From: Longimicrobiales bacterium
GTDB lineage: Bacteria; Gemmatimonadota; Gemmatimonadetes; Longimicrobiales; Gaopeijiaceae
Reading direction: 5' to 3'
NCBI GenBank assembly: GCA_965238005.1
Contig: OZ250165.1
Coordinates: 480,001 to 544,000, forward strand
Length of the DNA: 64,000 bases
Numbering within the stretch: position 1 is the stretch's first letter; the number at the start of each line of letters is the position of its first letter. Shown here piece by piece: positions 19,253 through 29,408 of the stretch. Position numbers and translations under genes: made by a program. The notes under the pieces were generated by a model, which saw only the letters and a list, made by a program, of their open reading frames with translations, had not been told where the DNA came from and made no database searches.

Positions 19253-20641
19253 GATGCTAGGATCAAAGGGTGTGTAAAAAAAGAGGCGACGTACCCTTCC
19301 GCTAGGTAGTAAGAAGTTAACCAGCGAATCCCGGGTGAGCGCCCGGGGGAAAGGAACGACGCCTCGTGAGGAAGAATATGGTGGGACCCGAGAGTGAGTC
19401 CAAGCACGCCGACGTGGGAGTGCTTGGAAGCGCTGGTTCGTGAGAAGGCCCAGGAGATGGTCCAGCGGATTCTGGAGGAGGAAGTGACGGAGTTGCTCGG
19501 CCGGGAGAAGTCAGAGCGCAGGAGTACGGTGGACTCGGCCGAGGGCTACCGCAACGGATATGGAAAGCCGAGGCGGTTGGCGATGAGCTCGGGCACGATC
19601 ACACTCCGACGCCCTCGGGTTCGGGGCGTCGAGGAGCGGTTCGAGAGTCGGGTGCTGCCGTTGTTCGCGAGGCGGACGAAGGAGCTGGGCGCTCTGCTTC
19701 CGGAGCTGTATCTGCACGGACTGGCAGAGGGAGACTTCGAGCTGGCGATGCGGGGACTGCTAGGCGAGGGGGCACCGCTGTCGAAGTCTTCGATTCGGAG
19801 ACTTGGGGCGGGATGGACGGCGGAGTTCGAGGAATGGAGCCAGCGTCGCCTGGAGGGCCGTGAGGTCGTCTACGTATGGGCGGACGGGATCTACGTGAAG
19901 GCAGGGCTCGAGCGAGACAAGGCGGCGCTGCTGGTGGTGCTCGGCGCGATGCGAGACGGGACGAAGGAGGTGTTGGCCCTGAGATCGGGCTACCGAGAGT
20001 CGGTCGAGTCCTGCTCCGAGGTGTTGCGGGATCTGAAGGCACGCGGCATCGAGGCGCCCCGGCTTCTGATGGCGGACGGTAACGCGGCGATCTGGGGCGC
20101 AGTACGGCAGGTATGGCCTGAGGCGGGCGAGCAACGGTGCTGGAACCACAAGATGAAGGAACGTGCTGGACCGGCTGCCTCAGCGGGAGCAGAGCGAGGC
20201 GAAGGATCTTCTCAGGGCCGTGGTCTACGCACCGAGCCGGGCCGAGGCTGTGAAGGCCCGCGAAGTGTTCGCCAGGCGCTACAGGCCGTGGTATCCGAAG
20301 GCGGTGGACGTACTCGAGGACGACTGGGAGCGGATGGTGGCGTTCTACGACTTCCCCGCGGATCACTGGAAGCATCTACGCACGACGAACGTGGTCGAGA
20401 GCCCGTTCGCTGCGCTACGGCTCAGGACGACGGCGGCGAAGCGATTCAAGCGGGTCGAGAGCGCTACGGCGCTGATCTGGAAGTTGCTCTTGGTGGCCGA
20501 GAAGCGGTTCCGAAGGCTCGACGCTCCTCACCTTCTCAAGGACGTATTTGAAGGAAGAAAGTTCGAAGACGGAAAGCCCGTCTCAACCCAACAGCGGAAA
20601 AACGCCGCCTGATACGTTTACACACCTATTGACCCAACCTC
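19253..20641 (+). mobile_element. IS256-family element, full length; transposase with frameshifts near 19401 and 20158
   Basis: IRs ..CTAGGATCAAAGGGTGTGTAAA / TTTACACACCTATTGACCCAACCTC; YVWADGIY, LMADG, QRCWNHK, RTTNVVES; no TSD visible. Confidence 0.92.
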
Positions 20642-20871
20642 TCCTGAAACCACGTGATGAACACCTCCCTGTGGGCCGCGAACCTGGCTACGGGTGGAGC
20701 GTGAGCGCCTGCCGATCTCCCGCGTACGGACTACCGGGGCTCGAAAAAGAACGGACGCAGAAACTCGACTGCAGGGGGGCACAGCCTGCCCCACGAAGCT
20801 CGCGGTCCACGTCAGCGCTGTGCCCTCGGACTGTCCAACAAGGTAGGACCACCCCACTCGGACTTCTCTAC

Positions 20872-22020
20872 ATGAGACCACTCTACGTTGCCTGCGTCGC
20901 GGCGATCGTCTTGGCCGCATGTGCCGATGAGACTGCCCCGACTTCCATTTTGGAACCCGGCGATGCCGCCGTGAAAATTGGATTCCTGGTTTCGGGCGAC
21001 CGGATCACCTATCTGAACGGAGCCAGGATTGCGGTGGACGAAGTCAACGAGCGCGGAGGGCTGCTGGGTCGCTCCGTCGAACTGGTCATCCAGATGGACC
21101 TGCAGGAGGCGGCGGCTGCGGTTCAGGCCGCAGAGACCATGATTCTCGCCGATGAGGTCGTTGCCCTCATTGGCCCCAACCGCTCGTCGCACGCCATCGA
21201 GGTAGGGGCCGTGGCCCAGAGTCATGGTGTGCCGATGGTTACGACGGCGGCCACCAACCCAGCCGTGACCGAAGCCGGCGACCTTGTCTTCATGGCCGCG
21301 TTCACCGACCAGTTTCAAGGGCGCGTCATGGCGCAATTCGCCTCGGAGACCCTCGGGGTGACCGCAGCCGCTGTCCTGACGCAGCAGGGAGAAGTCTATA
21401 GCGAGGGGATCGGCGAATTCTTCATCGACCATTTCGGTGGCCTTGGAGGGACGATCGTCGCCGACGAGTCCTACGAGGGCGGTGCGACGGAGTTTGCCGC
21501 GCAATTGGCGCGCATCGCGGCGGCTACTCCTGGGGCCATGTTTCTCCCGGGTCTGCCGGCAGAAGTGGCGCTCGTGACCACGCAGGCGCGCGCCCTACCG
21601 CTGCAAGACGGTGCCGGGGAACCGACGCTCTTTCTCGGGGCGGATGCGTGGGACAATCCGACGCTGCTGGACAATGAAGAAGCCGCCATCGATGGCAGCT
21701 TCTTCAGCAGCCACTTTTCGCCGGACACGAGCGAGCCAAGCGCACGCGCATTCGTCGACACGTATCAGGGTCTGCACGGGACTGTCCCCACCGGCGGCGA
21801 TGCGGTGAGCTACGATGCGGTGCGGTTGCTCTTGGAAGCCGCAGAGCGAGCGGGCAGCCTCGACGCAGACGCCGTGCGCCAGGAACTGCTAGCTACCGAA
21901 GGATACGCCGGGGCAACCCACATCGCCCACTACAACGAACAGCGCCATCCGACAAAAAGCGCGGTCATCATGACCATCGAGAACGGCGTGAAGAGGTTCC
22001 TTCAGCACGTGGATCCGTAA
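20872..22020 (+). CDS. Branched-chain amino acid-type ABC substrate-binding lipoprotein (LivK-like)
   Basis: Lipobox VLAAC; AVDEVNERGGLLGR, VVALIGP, AATNPAVT, FTDQFQG, LGADAWD, YDAVRLL. Confidence 0.88.
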   Translation: MRPLYVACVAAIVLAACADETAPTSILEPGDAAVKIGFLVSGDRITYLNGARIAVDEVNERGGLLGRSVELVIQMDLQEAAAAVQAAETMILADEVVALIGPNRSSHAIEVGAVAQSHGVPMVTTAATNPAVTEAGDLVFMAAFTDQFQGRVMAQFASETLGVTAAAVLTQQGEVYSEGIGEFFIDHFGGLGGTIVADESYEGGATEFAAQLARIAAATPGAMFLPGLPAEVALVTTQARALPLQDGAGEPTLFLGADAWDNPTLLDNEEAAIDGSFFSSHFSPDTSEPSARAFVDTYQGLHGTVPTGGDAVSYDAVRLLLEAAERAGSLDADAVRQELLATEGYAGATHIAHYNEQRHPTKSAVIMTIENGVKRFLQHVDP

Positions 22021-24052
22021 GGAGGCGTGCCGGCACTAAGCGCGGGATCTGAGGGATCCGGAGCCGCTCGCCTGCAGGCATGCCGCCCAGAGCCCGGGTC
22101 GGACGGGGTCTGAGTACGGGTTATGGACCCCCAAGGGGGCCCTCCCCGCGGACGAGGGACCGCGGGCGGGGGCGAAGAAACGACGCCCATCCTTGATCTT
22201 CGGGGCATCACCCCAACGAGGCGTCACTAAAGGCCTCTCTTCTACCTTAGCGTCTGGATTCACGGGCTCGCCGGACGCGGCGAGACAGACTTGGCCCGAA
22301 GCCGGCGAATCACAAGGTGAGCAACGTGCTTGACCGGTTGCCCAAGCGGCCATTCCCTCTTCCGTGTTCAATGGGTCGTTCACGATGATCGCCTCCTCCG
22401 ATCGTGCCCTGTCGCTCTCCTACTGGAGATTCGTTTAGATCGGCATCGGGCAACCACGCAATCTTCCCAAGACAGGATTCGATATGCACGGCCCGCTGGG
22501 CGGAAGACGACCTGTGGACGAAACCACCCACCCTCAGCGACCCGGCGATCGGATTCCCCGATCCGGTCCTGCAGTTCGCCTCTACCAGCTGGTCCGGTTT
22601 CGGGGAGGTCAGCAGACTCATACGGGCGGGAGACGTGGAGGCCGCGGCGGCGCTTGTTCAACCGTGGCAAGTGGCGGTCGGCGTGGGTGCGCAAGGCCTT
22701 TCGGCCGGCCCCGGTCCCCTTTCCGCTCCTTGCGCTTATTCGATTCCTGAGTCTGGTTGCCCGCACGTTCTACAGCCGAATCGAGGTCGCCGTATCATGG
22801 TGACCCCTACCTCTCCGAGTCGCCTTCGCCTCCTCCAAGGCTTCGGGACCCAGCGAAAGGTCGACGCGGGATTGGCATACCATGGCCGCTTGAACACTGC
22901 AATGGCCACGTGACTGGCACAAGACGGTGTGCCGAAAACCTGGCGCAGTTCATTCCACAAGCAGGCACTCAAGGTTGTGCTGACAAGGGATATTATCACT
23001 GCGAACTCGCGCACGGGAGCAGCAGGCCGCCGGGCCTACTCGAAGGCGTAGCGGATGCGCACGCCAGCCTGCTGCGGGGCGAGCACGTTGGCAAAGTAGC
23101 GGCGTGACCGGAAACCGTCCTCCGTGCGCCCGATGTGGCCGGGCGTCTGGCGCACGCTAGTCACGGCGTACTTGTCGAGCAGGTTGTCGGCGTAGAACGT
23201 CAGGGTCCAATTGTCCTTCGAGATCGAGGCCGACACGTTGTGGAGATCGTAGGCCGGGAGCGTTTCGCCGCCGGCGCGCAACCCGATCCGCGTGAGCACG
23301 TCGCCGATGTAGGTGTAGCCGTACAGCAGCTCGAGCGCGGTGCTGCCGCCGAGCAGCCGGGCATAAGAGGCGAGCAAGCTGCCTTGATGCCGCGGGGCAC
23401 CCGACAGGCGGTCGCCCTCAAAGGCGTCGGCGCCCCCTTCGAGGAGGCCGGGCGAGTCCTGGCTCAGCTCGGCGCGCGTGTAGGACCATGATCCGCGGAG
23501 GCGCAACGCGCTCGTCAGGCCGGCGGCCCCTGCCAGCTCGACACCACGGCTCACGGCTCCTGCGCCGTTCAGCGTGATCGGCTCCGCGCTGAAGGGGGTG
23601 AGCCCAGCGACCTGAATGTCCTCCCAGTCGACGTGGAACAACGTGCCGCTAGCGCTGAACCGTCCGCCGCGCCACGAGCGGCGCACCCCGACCTCGTAGT
23701 TGGTAGTGATGTCGGGCCGGATCAGCGCCTGATCCTCGTAGATGCAGCCAGACTGCGGCGGGTCGTTACTGGGGTCCGCGTCGGTGAGCAGGGCGATCTC
23801 CTCGTCGGAGCAGACGCGGAAGTTGTTGCTGCCCCCGATGCGGTACCCCTCCGAGCGGGTGAAGTAGGCGTTCGTCTGGTCGTCGAAGCGGTAGTTGACG
23901 CTCGCCTTGAACAGTACACCACGGTCGTCGGACTCGAAGTCGGTGAACGGCGAGTTGTACAGGGGCGTGTAGGGGAACTCGGTGAGACTGCCCGTCTCGA
24001 TGCGGTAGCCGAACCAGCGGCCGCCAGCCGTAAGGCGCCAGCGGTCCCCTAG

Positions 24053-25654
24053 GAGTCTGCGCCGCAGAACCCTGCGGCGGCTATCTTTGGTGGTAGCGAA
24101 GGCATTGGGAAGGCTTGCGGATCACCGAGGGGGGTGAATGGGAACGACATTTCGACCGTACGATCCGGAGCAGATGTTGTTGCTGCCTCCGGATCTTCGG
24201 GAGTGGGTGTCGGAGGGTCATTTGGCGCACCATGTGAGCGACCTGGTGGACGCGGTGGAGCTGAGCGCGTTCTACGGGCGGTACCGGGGGGACGGGCGGC
24301 GCAACTCGCCGTACGACCCTCGGATGATGGTCAAGGTGCTGATCTACGCGTATGCGACGGGCACCTTCTCGTCGCGGAAGATGGCGAGGAAGCTGGAGGA
24401 GGATGTCGCGTTTCGGATGCTGGCGGCGGAGAACTTCCCGAAGCACCGGACGCTGTGCGAGTTCCGCAAGCGCCATCTCGGGGATTTCCGGGCGGTGTTT
24501 GTGGAGGTGGTGATGCTCGCGCGGGCCTTGGGGCTGGCGGGGCTTGGCAGGGTGTCGGTGGACGGGACGAAGGTTCGGGCGAACGCGAACAAGCGCAAGG
24601 CGATGAGCTACGGCCGGATGGTGACCGGGGAGCCTCGGCTGGAGGCGGAGATCCGGGGGCTGTTGGAGAGGGCCGAGGCGGTGGACGAAGCGGAAGACGA
24701 GCGCTACGGCGAGGAAGCATGCGGAGACGAGGTGCCGGAGGAGCTCAAGCGGCGCGAGGACCGGCTGGCGGCGATCCGGGAGGCGAAGGCGCGCCTGGAA
24801 GCCGAGCAGAGAGCGGCGGACGACGCACGGGGCCGCAAGCCGGGGCAGACGCGCAACCCGAAGGGCGGCAGGCCCTACAAGCGGGAGTACGGAGAGCCGG
24901 ACGAGGCGGCGCAGAGCAACTTCACGGACCCTGAGAGCCGGATCATGAAGACGAGTTCGGAGGGGTTCCAGCAGTGCTACAACGCACAGACGGTCGTGGA
25001 GGGGGAGAACCAGCTGGTGGTCGGGGCCGAGGTGACGGACAACGCGAGCGACCAGGGCCAGCTGGTGCCCATGGTCGACGCGGTGGCGCAAGCGTACGGC
25101 GAGACGCCGGCGCAGGTGCTGGCGGACACGGGCTATTGCAACGAGCGGGATCTCGAGGAACTGGAAGAGCGAGACATCGACGGGTATGTGGCGCTGGCCC
25201 GGGAGGGCAAGGCCGCCCCCACGGTTGACAAGGAGGAATATCCGGCGAAAGTCCGCATGGCGGAGAAGCTGGCGAGCGAAGATGGCCGCAGACGCTACGC
25301 ACGGCGAAAGTCGCAGGCCGAGGCGCCCATCGGCTGGATCAAGGAAGTGATGGGCTTTCGACGATTCAGCTTCCGGGGCCTCGAGAAGGTCCGGGCCGAG
25401 TGGACCCTCGTGTGCCTGGCACTCAATGTGAAGCGGCTGCACACCCTTCAGGCGGCATGACTGCACGAGGGTTCACCCGCATCTGCCGGCGCGAGGGCTC
25501 TCGTAGCTCTCTTGCCCCCCCCAACGCATCCATTCCGCTCTCCCGATCCGTCGCAGACACAAGTCCTCAACCTCCCAATCACCCGGATCCGCCTCGCCGC
25601 GGACGGCTCGATGACCATTCGGCTCAGTCAGCTGTGCTTCTGCGGCGCAGACTC
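24053..25654 (+). mobile_element. IS1182-family element with CTAG target duplication
   Basis: IR GAGTCTGCGCCGCAGAA / TTCTGCGGCGCAGACTC; CTAG at 24049-24052 and 25655-25658. Confidence 0.95.
24138..25460 (+). CDS. IS1182-family transposase
   Basis: YDPRMMVKVLIYAY, VSVDGTKVRANA, NFTDPESRIM, LADTGY, YARRKSQAE. Confidence 0.95.
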   Translation: MGTTFRPYDPEQMLLLPPDLREWVSEGHLAHHVSDLVDAVELSAFYGRYRGDGRRNSPYDPRMMVKVLIYAYATGTFSSRKMARKLEEDVAFRMLAAENFPKHRTLCEFRKRHLGDFRAVFVEVVMLARALGLAGLGRVSVDGTKVRANANKRKAMSYGRMVTGEPRLEAEIRGLLERAEAVDEAEDERYGEEACGDEVPEELKRREDRLAAIREAKARLEAEQRAADDARGRKPGQTRNPKGGRPYKREYGEPDEAAQSNFTDPESRIMKTSSEGFQQCYNAQTVVEGENQLVVGAEVTDNASDQGQLVPMVDAVAQAYGETPAQVLADTGYCNERDLEELEERDIDGYVALAREGKAAPTVDKEEYPAKVRMAEKLASEDGRRRYARRKSQAEAPIGWIKEVMGFRRFSFRGLEKVRAEWTLVCLALNVKRLHTLQAA

Positions 25655-27776
25655 CTAGCTCGCTAGAGACTTCCCCGAACAGCGCCCGCTCCTCCACCGC
25701 TTGGTTCCCTAGGGTGCAATACTCGATCGGCTCGGACGCCGGGCTCCCCCCGAGGATGGGCCTGACGCCGGAGAATTCCGTCAGACCCGGCGTGAACTCG
25801 AAGCTCGTCCCGCTGCTGTCGTAGTTGTTGAAGAAGATGCCGCCGACCCAGCGCCACGGCCCGTCGCCGGTTGAGACGACGCGCGTTTCCCAGTTGAACC
25901 GCTCCTCCCACGAATCCTCGCGCGTATAGGCCGAGAAGGCTCGGAACTGCGAGGTCAGGTCGGTGGCCGAGACGCCTGGATCGATCGCCCGCGCTCTTGC
26001 CAGCGCCGGGAACTCGCCCGGCAGCAGCCCCGCGATGCCAAACTCCTGGATCAACAGGTCGGTCTGATCCCGCTGTCCGTGCGCGGTGAAGCGCGAGAAT
26101 CCGACTGCCGTTGTCAGCTCCACGCCACCCGGCGCCCAGGTCAGCTCCAGGCTCCACAACTGGTTCCTCTGATCGTTCGGTTCGAGAAAGCGGTGCGCGG
26201 CGACGTAGCGGCCGGTGTCAAACGACTGAGCATGATTGATCTGCCGCGCGCCGACCTGTTGATCCTGCAGATGGTAGGCGAACAAGGCTGACAGCTCCGA
26301 GGTCGCCTGCCACAGCAAAGATAGCCGTGCGGAGACCGTCTCCTCCGTGTTGGCGTCGGGCTCCCGGCGCAGATTCACGGCCACCGCCTCGGGATCGCTA
26401 AGGTTCGGCTCCGGCTCGGAGACGCCCGGCGTACGCAGCAGGTAGTGGTAGTCGATGAACCCGGGATCCGCATAACGGTCGACGGAGCCGCGTAGCGCCA
26501 GCCTGCCGGAAGCAAGCGGCAGGTTGAAGGTGAGGCCGACGTCCGAGCCCGGGGCGCCCCCGTGGGCCAGAGCGAAGAGGTCGCCACGGACCTCGAACGT
26601 GCGCCGCTCCGTGTCCGGTCGGCGCGGCAGGTAGCGTACGGCTCCCGCCAGCGTTCCGGCACCGTATAGCGTGCCCTGGGGTCCGAGCAGCACCTCCACC
26701 CGCTCGATGTCGTGCAGCCGTAGGTCGACAGCGAGCGGAATGTCGCCCAGGTAGGTGGCGACGCCGTTGTTGTAGTTGTTGCCGGCCTGCTCGGAGCCGG
26801 TTAGCGCATCCGTGTGCAGGCCGCGCGCGATGACCACGTTGCTGCCGCGGGCACCCTGGTCGACCACCGTCAGGCCGGGCGTCCAGCGCGACAGCTCAGT
26901 GAGGTTCCCGATTGCCCGCCGCTCGATGTTGGTACCGCTCACCGCCGAGATGCTCATCGGCACCTGTCGCAGCGGCTCCTCGAGGCGGGTTGCCGTCACC
27001 ACCACCGCCTCGGCGAAGACGACGAGCAGAGTGATTGCCGGCAGCTCGACCGGCTCGGCGGCGATCACGATACCGTCCACCGTCACCGCGCCGACGCCTC
27101 CCAGAGAGACGGTCACCGCGTAGGCCCCGGGCGAGAGGTCCGTGAACGTGAACCGGCCGCGCGCATCCGCCTGCACCTCCCGCGGTATATCGGGCCCGCC
27201 GCTCAGCGTGACGGTGGCGCCGGGTAGCACGCCGCCGGTCGCATCCACGACCACACCCGTAATCTCGCCCGCCTGCGCCGCGGCCAGCCGCGGCCACGCA
27301 GTCAGGAAGAAGCAGAAGAGGATTAGACCGACCGCCGTCCTGCAGAGCCCCTTCACGGCGCAACGTGACCCGATAGAAACCAGAGCGCTGCTAGCACCAC
27401 GGGACGCACAACGATGACGGCGACGTAGGTGCGGGTCACGGACCCAACGTATAGCGGCGCGAGTCGACATTCGGCGACGTTGACCGGCACGTAGACCACG
27501 TGCGTGTCGCCAGTCCGCCGCGGGAGGTCTCCTTTGCAAACAGTTCCTGTGATCCACGGGCCTCCGATTCGGAGCGAGGAAAACGGGCGGCCATCTGGCA
27601 GATGGCTACAGCATTACCAGCAGAGTGTCAACCGTGAAGATAATCGATGCGGACGTAGCACAAGCTCACTTGAGTCGAAGAACTCGCAGAGTACTACCGG
27701 CCTACCCGCATAAGTGCCCGCTGCCGACTTCTTTGAACGTGGGCCTGGCCCTGCACCTCCTTCTCCACGAGTCTCC

Positions 27777-27900
27777 CTATGGGTGTCGGTCCGGGTCACC
27801 CTCCGCTACGACGTCCCGGATCTCATCCTCGCTGCCGACATCCTCGGGTAAGAGGCCGTAGCCTTCGGCCATCCAGGCCGGCAGCGCCAAGTCGCAAAGC
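27777..27900 (-). pseudogene. Remnant paralog of the small acidic ICE protein at 15470
   Basis: PAWMAEGYGLLPEDVGSEDEIRD versus PASLAEEYGLFSEDVGSEDEIRD. Confidence 0.75.
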
Positions 27901-28044
27901 CGTCGACCGTCGCCTTGCAGCTCCTGTCTGTTTGTATCCCTTCGACTCCCAATACGCCCTACGCGCTGACGGCGAACGGCAACCTGTCGAGGGCGCTCCC
28001 CTTGCCGACCGCCGCCGAATTGTTTCTCTGGGGAGAAGTGCAGG

Positions 28045-28165
28045 CTAGAAAATCCGCTCGTCGGCGCTGTGGGCGTACAGATGGTCGACGTGGTGGTGTT
28101 CGGTGCAGCCATCCGCCGTGTACTCCAGTTGGATCGTAATGTGATGGATACCGAAGTCATGGGCT
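28045..28165 (-). pseudogene. Cation diffusion facilitator (CzcD/ZitB-like) C-terminal scrap
   Basis: HDFGIHHITIQLE followed by a His-rich tail. Confidence 0.6.
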
Positions 28166-28431
28166 GCCGTCGTCCTCCTCTCCTGTACGCCAGACGTGGT
28201 ACGTATCGCCGGGCCGTCTTGACGCGCGAAACCGGGGGGGGGAGGGGGGGGGTGAGGGCCGGGGCCGGTTGGCGTGGGAAGAAGGCGTTCGGGTCTCCGG
28301 GCGGGCAAGGTCGTCTTGATGCGGCGGCGGCGGTCAGTCTTGCCGTTATGAAACGCGGAAGCGAGCGTGTTGCCCATCTGGCCCTCCGGGGTCTGTCTGT
28401 GGGTGAGAGAGGACCGAAGGAGGCAAACCGA

Positions 28432-28911
28432 ATGGGAACGGCCCGCTACCTGCTCGCTCTGGCGGGCCTCGCTATCGCCGTGCCGCTAGCGGGCCAGGAG
28501 GTTGACTCTGCTTTGGAGGAGTTTGAGGTGCTGGCAAGGGGTTGGACGGAGGACGGGAGGTTGTCGGAGGACCCGCCGCCGCTCGCGGCGCGGGTGGACG
28601 CGGCGCAGGCGTTGGCGGATGATCTGGGCACGCTGGCGGCGCTCCAGGTGTTGATCGCGACGAGGGAGGAGGCGTGGGACCTCTTGTTCGATGCGGCGTT
28701 GGCGTTGGCGAATGCGCAGGAAAGGGCAGAGTTGGAGGCGGCAACGGAGGAGTTTGCGCTGTTGCAGGCGGTGGAGGACGCGGCGCGGGCGTCTGGCACG
28801 TGGACGCTTGACGATGTTGCCGAGTTGAGTGAACGGCGGCGGGTGGTGCGGAGCGCGGTGATAGCCATCGCCTTCGCGGTGAGGGACCGTCTGCGCGTGG
28901 CGAACCCCTAA
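28432..28911 (+). CDS. Secreted helical hypothetical protein
   Basis: RBS AAGGAGG; signal peptide MGTARYLLALAGLAIAVPLAG. Confidence 0.6.
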   Translation: MGTARYLLALAGLAIAVPLAGQEVDSALEEFEVLARGWTEDGRLSEDPPPLAARVDAAQALADDLGTLAALQVLIATREEAWDLLFDAALALANAQERAELEAATEEFALLQAVEDAARASGTWTLDDVAELSERRRVVRSAVIAIAFAVRDRLRVANP

Positions 28912-28988
28912 CCCCCGTGTTGGTGGGTGGCGGCCCCAACGCGCTTAGAAACGATTCTACGGCCCCGAGCGCCGGGGAGCGCGCCTGA

Positions 28989-29025
28989 GCCAGCCCACGC
29001 AATGTGAAACATTGCGGTCTGGCCA
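28989..29025 (+). other. Candidate oriT (ColE1/MOBP5-like)
   Basis: Hairpin CGCAATGT-GAA-ACATTGCG followed by GTCTGGCCA, similar to the ColE1 nic context CTGG/CTTA, upstream of mobC-relaxase. Confidence 0.55.
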
Positions 29026-29279
29026 AGGGGACGCTGCGCCCCCCTTGAACCCCCAACTTCCCGCGCCGCTGCCGGGGCAGCGAGCGGTGGGTGCCGCCGT
29101 CGCGAACCGCGTCGCCGGTGCGATCCCAGCGGCGCGCCCACGCCCGGCGGAGCACTCCGCCTATCGGCACGAGGACGCGGCGGCAGGCGGTGACGCGGTC
29201 GCTGACGTGGATCGCGCTGGGTCATTGAGGCGCGAGCAGAGCCGCCGGGCCCGGCTCCATCGGGCGCGACCGGACACGG

Positions 29280-29408
29280 CTCGCACGCTGGGCGAACACG
29301 CACGCCTCGGCGGCCGAAGCCGTCGCGGTGACCGCCAACCTCGTGTCGTTCGAGCGGTCGCTGCTCGCCGTGGCCCGCCTCGACGGAGACGGCGGGGATG
29401 CACATTAA
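29280..29408 (+). pseudogene. mobC: MobC/MbeC relaxosome accessory protein, C-terminal remnant
   Basis: Manual translation LARWANTHASAAEAVAVTANLVSFERSL...DAH*, overlapping the relaxase start. Confidence 0.65.

Larger units (their letters stand above)
23036..27356 (-). pseudogene. TonB-dependent receptor with N-terminal carboxypeptidase-regulatory-like domain, split by IS1182
   Basis: GVVVDATGGVLPGATV, VVVTATRLEE, IERVEVLLGPQGTLYG, C-terminal GVRIRYAFE. Removing the IS restores the frame VSSELGDRWRLTAGGRWF. Start codon uncertain. Confidence 0.9.

Noticed and set aside
24081..25466. 461-aa minus-strand ORF
   Set aside because: Antisense shadow of the IS1182 transposase.
28233..28266. G-rich tract as a G-quadruplex or phase-variation switch
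   Set aside because: Lies at a junction of gene scraps with no linked gene or promoter evidence; homopolymer length is unreliable.
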